NCBI GenBank assembly: GCA_963695335.1
Contig: OY968764.1
Coordinates: 928,001 to 992,000 of the forward strand
From: an uncultured bacterium
GTDB taxonomy: Bacteria; Babelota; Babeliae; Babelales; Vermiphilaceae
Reading direction: 5' to 3'
DNA: 64,000 nt
In this document: piece by piece, positions 32,078 to 47,400 of the stretch
How the letters are laid out: the number at the start of each line of letters is the position of its first letter
How positions within the stretch are numbered: position 1 is the stretch's first letter
Notes under the pieces: model-generated
The model's input: the letters and a program-made list of their open reading frames with translations, nothing else
What the model was told of the DNA's origin: nothing
The model's database searches: none
Translations under genes and position numbers: made by a program

Positions 32078-32133
32078 ATTTATTTAAACAAAAAAAAGAT
32101 TGTAAATTCAATGGTTTTTTTGTTTAAATAAAT
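32078..32133. promoter_or_regulatory. Perfect 19-bp inverted repeat in the divergent promoter region of fibre genes 1 and 2
   Basis: atttatttaaacaaaaaaa, 18-nt spacer, tttttttgtttaaataaat. Confidence 0.7.
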
Positions 32134-32160
32134 CAAATTACTACGTTGTTATTTTTTTAA

Positions 32161-35301
<3,141 letters not shown>

Positions 35302-35305
35302 AATC

Positions 35306-35371
35306 ACCCTTTTTTGTTTGTATGAATTCATTGGTACGTTTTATTTTCATACAAATAAAAAAGGGTTTTTT
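35306..35371 (+). promoter_or_regulatory. 21-bp hairpin that looks like a terminator and sequesters the RBS of fibre gene 3
   Basis: acccttttttgtttgtatgaa / ttcatacaaataaaaaagggt (one G-U pair), then a T run and ATG 35372. Confidence 0.7.
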
Positions 35372-38300
35372 ATGAATCGAATGAGGTTGTCGAATTGTTT
35401 TTCTTTATTTGTTGTATTGGCATTATTGATATCACCATTGTCTATCGTCGCAACAAATAATACCATACGAGTTCAAGGTTTATTATCAGTTAATGATCAG
35501 ACTGTGCAAAATATAACTGCTGTTAATTTGTCAGTCACGGATGAGATAGTTCAAAATTCAACTATTGGTACCGTATCAGCAACTGATGCAATAGTAGGCA
35601 ATATCTCTATTACAACAGTATCAGTGACAGATCTTATTGCGCAAAATATACAGGCAGTGGATGAAACAGTTACTGGAACATTATCAGCGAATGATGCAGT
35701 TGTTGCAACTACGCTTCAGTTTCAAGATTCAAGTACGGATTTTATAGGTATTCAAGCACCAGCAACTGTATCAAGTTATACCGTAACATTACCAGCAGTA
35801 GCACCAGCAGTGAATCAAGTGTTACGTGGTGGCCCAACAACGGCATCAAATTTGGTATGGATAACGGAAGGTGGATCAATTGCTCCTGCAGCAAGTCAGA
35901 CTATTTATGTTACAAAATATGGTAATGATACCACGGGTAATGGATCTTTTGATACACCATATTTAACACTTTCCAAAGCAATAGAGGCCGCTAATCTTAT
36001 TGCTTCTGCATCAAATCCTGTTGCTATTATGATGAGTTCAGGTACGTATGTTGAAGATAATAGTAGCAATCCGCTTGAAATAACTATAGCAGGGGTGTCC
36101 ATTGTAGGTGCTTCTCCTAATAGTGTCATTATTCAACCAAATACGCCAGCCAATGATTTTATTTTGATTGACAATACAACGCGTATTGCGAATGTCACAT
36201 TTAGCTCTTCTTCACCAGATGCAATAGGCCTTTCTCTTGCAGCAGGTAATTTATCTATATTTACTAATGTGCATATTGAAAATTTTCTTATTGGTGTTAA
36301 TTGTGCTGGAGGAGCATCACAATCATATGGTTTTGATTTATGTTTTTTTGTTGATAATGGCACAGCGCTTAATGTTAATGATACACGTGTTGAATGCAAT
36401 AGTTGTACCTTTTTTGGGACATCATCATTAAGTACTTCAGCAAATACAGGTGTTAATGTAACAGGAGCAGCTGCTAATGTTGTGATTGATGGTGGTGTGG
36501 TTGGTGTATGTTCAACTGGTATGAGTTTTGTTAATAATGCAGTGAGCACTGTTTCAAGCGTAAGTTTTAGACTTAATGATTTTGATGTTGTGCAAAGTGG
36601 CTCATCATATATGGCTTTAACTGGGTGTAACTTTGAATTAACAAGTGCATCAACAGATATTGATATTCAAGTTAGTGGAGCTGGTACCATCGCTGAAATT
36701 GTGGGTTGTGAATTTAATGGTCTGAGTACATCAAGTGTTGCTCAAGGCACGAGTATAAAAGTTACTGATGGCGCAATTGCTTATATGAGTGGTGGTACCA
36801 TACATGATTATACAACAGGGATACAAGATGGTTTATCAACAGATACATCTTCAACATTTGTTAATGCAACCGCAGTTATTATTCATGACTGTACAACTGA
36901 TATTATTCAAAATGGTACAACTACATTAAATGTTAATGCGAGTACAGCTTCAAGTTCACAGATTAGTATTAATGATTCAACCAATGTTAATATGGCGTTT
37001 TTTGATTTGGATGATAATAATGCATTGACTATTGGATCATATGCAAATCAAAATACAACGTTATTGCAAGCTGGGATTAACAGTTCAACTAATCCAGAAA
37101 TACAGTATCAATCATCACTTTATTCAACAGAAGGTATAGGATTTTATAATCCAGGAGCAAGTGCTTCTTCGTTATTTATTCAATCTTCTGATAATGCAAA
37201 TCTAACAGCAATTACTACCGACAACACTGATGTAGCAGGATTAAGATTAGTTTCTGATACAGGTTCTCCTGTTGGTGGTACATCAGCATTGCGTGGTTGG
37301 GATATTAATAAAAATGCATCTACTGCAGAACTTTCATTCAGCTTCCAAAATAGTGATGTGTCTGATAGTGAACCAGTAGTAACAGAATTCACTGTTATGC
37401 AGCTTGATGGATTTAATAACCTTGTGCAATTACCAACAGCTGGAACAAAAATTGTATTTGATAGCGATACAAATCTCTATAGAAGTGCTGCAAATGTTTT
37501 AAAAACTGATAGCAATTTTATTGTGGGTACATTAACATCGGGTACTGCAGTGATCACTGATCCATCAACCAATGAACTTGAATCAAGCGTAACAACTTCT
37601 ACTGAACTCAGCTATGTCCACGGTGTGACGTCGTCGATTCAAACACAGATTAATAGTAAAGTTGCAAAAGCTGGTGACACTATGACTGGTACATTGGTAT
37701 TACCTGCAGGGTCTGCTGCTGCTCCATCATTACAATTTACTGGCAGTACAAACACAGGACTTTCTGCAGCAACAGCAAACACATTGTCTTTCGATGTCAG
37801 TGGATCAGAACAGATGAATATCAGTTCATCTGGTATTACTATCGATGCATTCAGTACTGCTGGTGTAGTTCATAACAGTTCATCTGGCTTATTAAGTAGT
37901 TCATTAATTGTTGATGCAGATATCACTGCTGCAACAATTACTAATGATAAATTAGCTGATATCTCAAGCTCTAATGTACCTGGCGATATTGTTGTCCGTG
38001 ATTCTTCAGGTAATTTCCAAACAAATATGATAACTATTTTTGGTACGACAACAAATAACACCGATGTTGCCACTAAAGCATATGTTGATACTGCCGTGAC
38101 TACCGGTATTATTCCTCATACTCCTTGTGTTGTGGTGAGTACAAGCAATGTTGCTTTAACAGGATTACAAACGATAGACGGTGTAACAGTTGTAGCAAAT
38201 GACCGTGTTCTTCTTGTTGGTCAAACAAATGAAGTACAAAATGGTATTTGGCTTGCTCAAAGTAGTGCATGGACATCTCCAACTGATTGGGTTTCAGGAG

Positions 38301-41224
38301 ATGAGGCCGGTGCAGCATATGTACTTATTACAGAAGGAACAGATAATGCTGGATCAAGTTGGTTATGTAGTACGCCAACAGCAATCATTGGTACTGATGA
38401 TGTAACATTTGTAGAATTTAGTTTACCAAGTGCTACAACTGGTAATAACGTTGGTGGTGGATCAGGGCAAGTGTACCAAAGCAAATCAGGTGTTACGTTA
38501 AACTTTAGAACATTAAGTGTTGCTGATGCATATATGTCTATTGTTACCAATAGTGATAATGTTGGATTTAGTACAAATGCGACAAGCGCAAATACAGCAA
38601 ACGAGATTGTTGCTCGTGATAGTTCAGGGAATTTTTCTGCTGGTACTATTACTGCAAGTTTAACTGGACATGCATCACTTGATTTACCTCTGACGGGAGG
38701 CACATTGACTGGTACATTAATAGTACCAGCAGGAACGGTTGCTGCACCATCAATTGAATTCACTGGCAGTAGCACTGGAACGGGTATATCAGCATCGGTA
38801 GCGGATACACTTTCTTTTGATATTGCAGGATCTGAACAGATGAATATTAGTTCCTCAGGTGTTGTTGTGGATGGAAGTTTGTCAGTCGGAGATGCAGCTG
38901 TTACTGACAGTTTACAAATTAATTCATTAAGTACTGGTGTTCTTCACAGTGATAGTTCAGGTAATATAACAAGTTCATTAATTGTTGATGCAGATATTAC
39001 TGCTGCAACAATTACTAACGATAAATTGGCAAATATTTCTAGCTCTAATGTTGCTAATGATATTGTCGTTCGTGATGGTTCAGGAAATTTTGCTGCCGGT
39101 ACAATCACTGCAAGTTTAACTGGCGCAGCATCATTAAACGTTCTTAAAGCTGGTGACACCATGACAGGTACTTTACAATTACCTGCAGGAACAACAGCAT
39201 TACCTTCACTTGTGTTTACAGGAAGCACAACAACAGGGTTATCTGCTACTTCAGGAACATTATCATTTAGTACTAGTGGTGCTGAAGCGATGGGTATTAC
39301 GCCAGCAGGGGTTGTTTATATTGATGCATTTACTATAGCGGGTGTTGTGCATAATGATGCTTCTGGTAATCTATCGAGTTCATTAATTGTAAATGCCGAT
39401 GTTGCCGCAAATGCATCGATTATCGATTCTAAACTTGCTACTATTAGCACAACAGGTAAAGTAGCAAACTCTGCAACAACTGCAACAAGCGCCAATACAC
39501 CAAGCACTATTGTATTGCGTGATGTGAACGGCAACTTTTCTGCTAATGCAGTAAGTTTTAATGATGCGGTTATAGGAACTCTTACGATTGCAAGTGTTGT
39601 AGACAATTTAACAATAACAGAACTGTCAGCTACTGATATTGTAGTGAGTGGAAATCTATCTGCTCAAGACGAAGTAATTAACGGAACACTACAGATCGCT
39701 TTATTAACTCCTGCCGGAGTTGTACATAATGATGCATCAGGATTACTTTCAACTTCTCTTATCGTAAACGCTGACGTGTCAACGTCAGCTGGAATTGTTG
39801 ATTCTAAATTAGCTACAATAAGTACAGCAGGTAAAGTTGCTAACTCTGCAACAACTGCAACAAGTGCAAATACGGCAAGTGCTATTGTTGCTCGTGACAG
39901 TTCAGGAAATTTCTCTGCAGGTACAATCACTGCAAGTTTAAGTGGTAACGCAACAACCGCAACAACTGCAACTAATTTCTCTGGATCATTAAGTGGTGAT
40001 GTAACTGGAACCCAAAGTGCAACAGTGGTTAGTTTTGTTGGAGGACAAACTGCTGCCAATGTTGCTGCCGCAACAGTTCTTGCTAATGCTGCTACAAACC
40101 TTGATACGGTGAGCACCATAGTAAAACGTGACAGTAATGGTAATTTTGCAGCTTCAATTATCAGTATGACTGATGGTGTTCACAGCGGCAATCTTGTTTT
40201 AAGTACAGAACCAAGCACATCATCAGCAGGTAATATCTTAAAAGGTTCAAATAGATTTATTCATGATTATGGAACAGCAAATACTTTTGTTGGTATTAAT
40301 GCAGGTAATTTTAGCATGGCAGGTTCAGGTAATAATACTGCTATGGGTAATAGTGTATTAACCGCAAATACAACGGGTGCTTATAATACTGCAATGGGTT
40401 CACAGGCGTTAAATGCAAATACCATTGGTATTGATAATACAGCAATTGGATATAATGCATTAGCAGCAAGTACAACGGGTACAGATAATACAGCAATCGG
40501 TTATGGTGCCCTTGCTGCAAATACAACAGGAACCAGTTTTAATACTGCTGTGGGTAGTGGCGCATTAACGGTAAATACAACAGGCGCTGATAATACAGCG
40601 CTTGGTTATCAAGCATTAACAGCAAATGTTACTGGATCAAGTAATATTGCGCTTGGTTATCAAGCAGGACAATCATTAGTATCAGGAAGTGGTAATATTT
40701 ATATTAATGCTGATGCTGGTAGTTCCTCAGAAAGCAATGCCACACGAATTGGTACATCACAAACCAGTTGCTTTATTGCAGGGCTTGATATAGGAGTATC
40801 TGGAGATGCAGTTGTTGTGGATACTACAACTGGTCAGCTTGGTATAACATTATCATCAAGACGATTTAAAAACAGTATAGAAGATATGGGTGAATTATCA
40901 TCAAGTATATTTAAATTACGCCCTGTTACTTTTATATACAATAATGATGTAACAGAAAATATACAATATGGATTGATTGCTGAAGAAGTTGATCAACATT
41001 TCCCATACATTGTTACTAAAGATGAGAATGGATTACCATATACGATTCGTTATCATTTGTTGCCAGTATTATTGCTTAATGAATTACAAAAACAACATGT
41101 AACTATTGAAAATATGAAAAAACAATATGTAACCGTAGAAGAAATGAATAATGCAATCAGTAGCTTGAAAGCAGAAATAAATAATTTTATACAACATTCT
41201 GATAGCGAAGAAATAAGTGCATAA
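35372..41224 (+). CDS. Fibre protein 3 (~1950 aa): signal peptide, beta-helix-like block, tail-fibre-like domain, stalk repeats, NTAVG head, S74 chaperone
   Basis: ATG 35372 after AAAAAAGGG; TIYVTKYGNDTTGNGSFDTPYLT; LSSRRFKNSIEDM...QYGLIAEEV. Confidence 0.85.
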   Translation: MNRMRLSNCFSLFVVLALLISPLSIVATNNTIRVQGLLSVNDQTVQNITAVNLSVTDEIVQNSTIGTVSATDAIVGNISITTVSVTDLIAQNIQAVDETVTGTLSANDAVVATTLQFQDSSTDFIGIQAPATVSSYTVTLPAVAPAVNQVLRGGPTTASNLVWITEGGSIAPAASQTIYVTKYGNDTTGNGSFDTPYLTLSKAIEAANLIASASNPVAIMMSSGTYVEDNSSNPLEITIAGVSIVGASPNSVIIQPNTPANDFILIDNTTRIANVTFSSSSPDAIGLSLAAGNLSIFTNVHIENFLIGVNCAGGASQSYGFDLCFFVDNGTALNVNDTRVECNSCTFFGTSSLSTSANTGVNVTGAAANVVIDGGVVGVCSTGMSFVNNAVSTVSSVSFRLNDFDVVQSGSSYMALTGCNFELTSASTDIDIQVSGAGTIAEIVGCEFNGLSTSSVAQGTSIKVTDGAIAYMSGGTIHDYTTGIQDGLSTDTSSTFVNATAVIIHDCTTDIIQNGTTTLNVNASTASSSQISINDSTNVNMAFFDLDDNNALTIGSYANQNTTLLQAGINSSTNPEIQYQSSLYSTEGIGFYNPGASASSLFIQSSDNANLTAITTDNTDVAGLRLVSDTGSPVGGTSALRGWDINKNASTAELSFSFQNSDVSDSEPVVTEFTVMQLDGFNNLVQLPTAGTKIVFDSDTNLYRSAANVLKTDSNFIVGTLTSGTAVITDPSTNELESSVTTSTELSYVHGVTSSIQTQINSKVAKAGDTMTGTLVLPAGSAAAPSLQFTGSTNTGLSAATANTLSFDVSGSEQMNISSSGITIDAFSTAGVVHNSSSGLLSSSLIVDADITAATITNDKLADISSSNVPGDIVVRDSSGNFQTNMITIFGTTTNNTDVATKAYVDTAVTTGIIPHTPCVVVSTSNVALTGLQTIDGVTVVANDRVLLVGQTNEVQNGIWLAQSSAWTSPTDWVSGDEAGAAYVLITEGTDNAGSSWLCSTPTAIIGTDDVTFVEFSLPSATTGNNVGGGSGQVYQSKSGVTLNFRTLSVADAYMSIVTNSDNVGFSTNATSANTANEIVARDSSGNFSAGTITASLTGHASLDLPLTGGTLTGTLIVPAGTVAAPSIEFTGSSTGTGISASVADTLSFDIAGSEQMNISSSGVVVDGSLSVGDAAVTDSLQINSLSTGVLHSDSSGNITSSLIVDADITAATITNDKLANISSSNVANDIVVRDGSGNFAAGTITASLTGAASLNVLKAGDTMTGTLQLPAGTTALPSLVFTGSTTTGLSATSGTLSFSTSGAEAMGITPAGVVYIDAFTIAGVVHNDASGNLSSSLIVNADVAANASIIDSKLATISTTGKVANSATTATSANTPSTIVLRDVNGNFSANAVSFNDAVIGTLTIASVVDNLTITELSATDIVVSGNLSAQDEVINGTLQIALLTPAGVVHNDASGLLSTSLIVNADVSTSAGIVDSKLATISTAGKVANSATTATSANTASAIVARDSSGNFSAGTITASLSGNATTATTATNFSGSLSGDVTGTQSATVVSFVGGQTAANVAAATVLANAATNLDTVSTIVKRDSNGNFAASIISMTDGVHSGNLVLSTEPSTSSAGNILKGSNRFIHDYGTANTFVGINAGNFSMAGSGNNTAMGNSVLTANTTGAYNTAMGSQALNANTIGIDNTAIGYNALAASTTGTDNTAIGYGALAANTTGTSFNTAVGSGALTVNTTGADNTALGYQALTANVTGSSNIALGYQAGQSLVSGSGNIYINADAGSSSESNATRIGTSQTSCFIAGLDIGVSGDAVVVDTTTGQLGITLSSRRFKNSIEDMGELSSSIFKLRPVTFIYNNDVTENIQYGLIAEEVDQHFPYIVTKDENGLPYTIRYHLLPVLLLNELQKQHVTIENMKKQYVTVEEMNNAISSLKAEINNFIQHSDSEEISA

Positions 41225-41241
41225 AATAATTACTGAATAAA

Positions 41242-41281
41242 AAACAGAAGGACTCTTGTTAATGCAAGGGTCTTTTTGTTT
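41242..41281 (+). terminator. Intrinsic terminator after fibre gene 3
   Basis: aaacagaaggactcttg-ttaatg-caagggtctttttgttt. Confidence 0.75.
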
Positions 41282-41300
41282 ATATAAGTTCAATTGTTCA

Positions 41301-41385
41301 CGTTCGTATGTTTCGACAAGCTCAACACGAACGGAATAAAAATTCATATTCCCGTTCGCACTGAGCTTGTCGAAGTGAGCGAACG
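41301..41385. repeat. REP doublet (REPIN-like) of the CCGTTCG...TGAGCTTGTCGAAG type
   Basis: cgttcgtatgtttcgacaagctcaacacgaacgg and ccgttcgcactgagcttgtcgaagtgagcgaacg are imperfect inverted 34-mers 17 nt apart. Confidence 0.7.
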
Positions 41386-41405
41386 AAAATTAAAAAAGGG
41401 TATTT

Positions 41406-44400
41406 ATGACTCATTCACGTTTATATCGTTTTTTTTCTTTTTTAATATCATTATCACTTTTATTATCACCAATACCAGTCACTGCAATCATGCAAGATTC
41501 ACCTGTGATTACTATATCAGATTTAGAAACTGAATTAGGCATGCAATATTTTCAGTATGATGAAACCATAGCAAGGCCATTTACCAATATCATTCAAGTG
41601 CAAGGCCTATTATCAGTGAATGATGAACTTGTGCAAAATATTACTGCAGTTAATCTATCAGTCACGGATGAAATTGTTCAAAATTCAACGATTGGCACTA
41701 TATCAGCAACAGATGCAATATTAAGCAATGTTACGATTACAACCTTATCAATAACAGATCTTATTGCACAAAATATCCAGGCAACAAATATTTCTGTTGT
41801 TGATGAAACAGTTACTGGAACATTATCAGCAAATGATGAGGTAATTAATAGTTATCTTAATTTTAAGGCCAGTTCAAATTATGTTGGTCTTCAAGCACCA
41901 ACATCTGTTTCAACAAGTTATACCTTGTCATTGCCATCAGCAGTACCTGCTGCAAGTCAGGTAATTCGAGCAAATGCAACAACACCAACAAATCTAGAAT
42001 GGGCAACTGATAGTGCATTTGTGACTCCTGCAAATAGCCAAACAATTTATGTTGCAGTGTATGGCAATGATACGACTGGTAATGGATCATTGGCAACTCC
42101 TTACGCGACAGTTGCTAAGGCAATTAGTATTGCAAACGGTCTTGCATCAAGTTCAACTCCTATTACCATTTCAATAGGTACTGGTATTTATGTAGAAGAT
42201 AATAGCGTGAGTCCTTTGACTGTCACTGCCGATGGTATTGCAATTATTGGTCAAGTATCTAGCAATGTTATTTTAATGCCTAATACGCCAGCAAATGATT
42301 TTATGTTAGTTAATGCACCTGTGCATATTTCTGATGTAACATTTGAATCATCTAATCCTTTAGCTACAGGACTTACCTTAGCGTCAGGTAGTTTTACTGC
42401 CGTTATTAATGTAGATTTTGTTAATTTTCTTGTGGGTGCTGAATGCGTAGGAAGCCCAAGTAATTCATACGGTTTTATTAACTGTTTTTTTGCTGATAAT
42501 GGAACAGGGTTAATGGTAAGTAATGCGTATGTTTCTGTTCAGGATATTACGCTTTTTGGTACATCATCACCATCTGGGCCGAGCGCTAATAATGCTATTA
42601 CAGTAACAGGATCCGGTGCTAATTTGGTAATAAATGGTGGTGTAATAGCATTATGTAATACAGGTATTACATTAGTAAGCAATGCAACATCAACTATTAG
42701 TAGTCTTGCATTTAGACTTAATACATTTGACATTAATCAGAGTGGCGCATCTAATTTGGCACTTTCTGCATGCACATTCCAATTGACAACGGGATCATCG
42801 GATATTGAAATACAGGTCAGTGGTGCGGGTACCATTGCTGAAATAGTAGGTTGTCAATTTGATGGTAGTAGTCAATTGGGAACTCCGGAAGGGATGGGTA
42901 TTCAAGTTACCGATAACGCTTCTGTTAATCTTACTAGCGGAAGTATGTCTAATTATACCACTGCTTTAAGTGTAGGACTTTCAACTGATACAGCTTCTAC
43001 ATCTCTGATAGCATCATCATTTATTCTGACCAATTCCACCAATGATATTGTACAACAAGGTTCTGCATCTTTAAATGTTAATGCGAGTACAGCTTCAAGT
43101 TCAAAGATTAGTATTAATGATTCAACAAATGTTTATATGGCATTTTTTGATTTGGATGATAATAATGCATTGACTATTGGATCATATGCAAATCAGGATA
43201 CAACATTATTGCAAGCTGGGATTAACAGTTCAACTAATCCAGAAATACAGTATCAATCATCACTTTATTCAACAGAAGGCATAGGATTTTATAATCCAGG
43301 AGCAAGTGCATCTTCACTGTTTGTTCAATCTTCTGAAAATGCAAATCTTACTGCGGTAACCACTTCAATAACTGATGTAGCAAGTTTAAGATTAGTTTCT
43401 GATACCGGTTCTCCAGTTGGTGGTACGTCTGCATTACGTGGTTGGGACATTAATAAAAATGCATCTACAGCAGAACTTTCATTCAGTTTCCAAAATAGTG
43501 ATGTATCTGATAGTGAACCAGTAGTAACCGAATTCAGTGTTATGCAACTCGATGGTTTTAATAATCTTGTGCAATTACCAACAGCTGGTACAAAAATTGT
43601 ATTTGATGGTGATACCAATCTTTATAGAAGTGCTGCAAATGTTTTAAAAACTGATAGTAACTTTATTGTTGGTACGCTCACAGCAAGCCGTGCTGTTGTA
43701 ACTGATGGTAGTGATCAACTTGCATCAAGTGCAACTACCGCAACTGAAATTGGTTATGTATCTGGTGTAACTTCATCAATTCAAACCCAAATTAATAGCA
43801 AAGTTGCAAAAGCTGGTGATACTATGACAGGTGCATTAATACTACCAGCAGGTTCAGCAGCTGCTCCATCATTACAATTTACCGGTAGTACAAACACAGG
43901 CCTTTCTGCGGCAACAGCAAATGTGCTTTCATTTGATGTGAGTGGTTCAGAAAAAATGAACCTGAGTTCATCAGGTTTAACTATTGATGCATTTAGTACT
44001 GCAGGAGTTGTGCATAATAGTTCTGCAGGATTATTGTCATCTTCATTAATTGTTGATGCTGATATTACCACTGCAACCATTACTAATGATAAATTAGCAA
44101 ATATATCAAGTTCTAATGTGCCAGGTGATATTGTTGTTCGCGATGGTTCAGGTAATTTTGCAACAAATGAAATTACTATAAATGGTACTGTTACTAATCC
44201 TACCGATGCAGCAACAAAAGCTTATGTTGATGCCGCAGTATCTACAGGACTTGTTGCACATACTCCTTGTGTTGTTGTAAGTACAACTGATATTGGTTCT
44301 CCACCAAGTGGACCGGAAACTATTGATGGTTATACGGTGATGACAGGAGATCGTGTTCTTTTGGTTGGTCAAACTAATGAAGTATATAATGGCATTTGGC

Positions 44401-47400
44401 TTGCTAATACAAGTGGAGCATGGACATATCCAACAGATTGGGCTTTAGGTACAACAGCGGGTGAAGCATATGTTCTTATAACTTCAGGTACAGTTAATGC
44501 TGGATCAAGCTGGTTATGTAGTACTCCAGCGGCAACTATTGGTACTAATAACATAACATTTGCTGAATTTGCATTACCAAGTCCCACAACGGGTGCTAAT
44601 GTTGGTGGAGGATCAGGACAAGTTTACCAAGGAAAAACAGGTATTACCTTAAACTTTAGAACATTAAGCGTTGCTGATACATATCTGTCTATTGTCACCA
44701 ATAGTGATAATGTAGGATTTAGTACTAATGCGACAAGCGCAAATACAGCAAATGAAATTGTTGCTCGTGATGGTTCAGGTAATTTTTCCGCTGGTACTGT
44801 TACTGCAAACTTAACCGGTAATGTGACTGGTAATGTAACTGGAAGTGCATCATTAAATTTACTCCTTACCGGAGGAACTTTAACTGGTGCATTAACATTG
44901 CCTGCAGGTTCTGCAGCTACTCCATCATTGCAATTCACCGGTAGTACAAACACTGGTTTATCAGCAGCTACTGCAAATATACTTTCATTTGATGTGAGTG
45001 GATCTGAGCAGATGAATATTAGTTCATCCGGTGTTACCATTGATGGATTGAGTACTGCTGGTGTTGTGCATAATAGTGCTGCAGGATTATTATCATCTTC
45101 ATTAATTGTTGATGCTGATATTACTACTGCAACAATCACCAATGATAAGTTAGCAAATATATCAAGTTCTAATATTGCTAATGATATTGTTGTTCGTGAT
45201 GGTTCAGGAAATTTTGCTGCAGGTACAATCACAGCAAGTTTAACAGGAGCTGCATCATTAAACGTTCTTAAAGCTGGTGATACTATGACTGGTACATTAC
45301 AGTTGCCAGCAGGAACAACAGCATTACCATCATTAGTATTTACAGGTAGCACTACAGCAGGACTTTCTGCTAATACTGGTGCATTATCATTTAGTACGAA
45401 TGCATTAGAACGTCTTAAAATTGCATCAAGCGGAACAATCTCTATTGATGCATTCACTACTGCGGGAGTTCTTCATAATGATGCTTCAGGTAATCTCTCA
45501 AGTTCTCTTATTGTTAATGCTGATGTGTCAGCATCAGCTGCAATAACTGATAGTAAATTGGCAACTATTTCCACTGCAGGTAAAGTTGCTAACTCTGCAA
45601 CAACGGCCACAAATCTTAATACTGCCAGTGCTATTGTTGCGCGTGATGCTTCAGGAAGTTTTGCCGCAGGATTAATAAGCATTACAGATGAGGTAATTAG
45701 TAATAGTGTTACTATAACGCCATTTAGTACAGCTGGGGTTATACATAATAATTCATCAGGATTATTATCATCTTCATTAATTGTTGATGCAGATATTACT
45801 GCCGCAACTATTACTAATGATAAATTAGCAAATATATCAAGTTCTAATATCGCCAATGATATTGTTGTTCGTGATGGTTCAGGAAATTTTGCTGCCAATG
45901 TTATTACTGCAACTCTCACAGGCAGTGCATCATTAGATCTTCCTTTAACGGGGGGAACTTTAACTGGTACATTAACTTTGCCAGCTGGATCTGCAACTGC
46001 TCCATCATTGCAATTCACTGGTAGCACAAATACTGGGTTATCAGCTGCAACAGCAAATGTGCTTTCTTTTGATGTTAATGGTTCAGAAAAAATGAATCTC
46101 AGCTCATCAGGTCTTACGATTGATGCATTTAGCACTGCAGGCGTTGTACATAATAGCTCTGCAGGATTATTATCAAGTTCATTAATTGTTAATGCTGATA
46201 TTACCAATGCAACTATTAGCAATGCTAAATTAGCTGCTATTTCTAGTTCTAATATTGCCAATGACATTGTGCTGCGTGATGGAACAGGCAGTTTTGCAGC
46301 ACAAGAGATAAGTATGAATGATGGCATTCTTGCTGGTAATCTTATTTTAACGACTGATCCAAGTACATCAACCGCCGGTAATATTATAAAAGGTTCAAGT
46401 AGTTTTATTCATGATTTTGGAACAAACAACACTTTTGTTGGTATTAATGCAGGTAACTTTACTACAAGTGGCTCTGGAGGTAATAGTGGCTTTGGTGCAA
46501 GTGCATTAACTGCAAATGGTACCGGAGCATTTAATACTGGAATTGGTTACAGCGCTTTAGCAGCAAATACCACTGGGGTTGATAATACAGCTCTTGGTTA
46601 CAATGCGCTTACTGCCAGTACAACAGATACTGATAACACAGCAATTGGTTTTAACGCGCTTGCAGCAAATAATGGTGCTAGTGGTAATACTGCCGTAGGT
46701 TCTAATGCTCTTACAGCAAATACAACTGGTGTTGATCACACTGCACTTGGTTATAATGCGCTTGCTGCTAGCCAAACAGATACTGATAATACTGCTGTTG
46801 GTTACAATGCTCTTGCTACTCTTAACGGGGCAAGTTTTAATACTGCTGTTGGTTCAAATGCATTAACGGCAAATGAATTCGGGCCTAATAATACCGCGGT
46901 TGGTTATAACGCTTTATCATCAAGCACAGCAGATAATGATAATACTGCGGTTGGGTTTACTGCTCTTGCTGTAAATAATGGAGGAACTTATAATACTGCT
47001 GTTGGCAGTGGTGCGATGGCATCAAATAGTGGCGGTTCTAACAACACAGCACTTGGATACAATACATTAATGGAAAATATTAACGGAGCAGGAAATACTG
47101 CTGTTGGATTCAGTGCATTATTGAGCGGTGTAGGCTCTGATAATACTGCTGTTGGTAAGAATGCATTGACAAATAACACAGCATTTCAAAATACTGCCGT
47201 TGGTTCCGGTGCATTAGCAGCTAATTTCACAGGAGATCAGAATATTGCCGTCGGATATCAAGCAATGATACATTCTACAGCAAGCGGAGAGACTGCTATT
47301 GGTTATCAAGCATTAGAATTTGATGGAGGCGCTCGCAACACTGCAATTGGATATAATGTTTTATCGGTAAGCATAGCAGATACAGACAATACTGCAGTTG

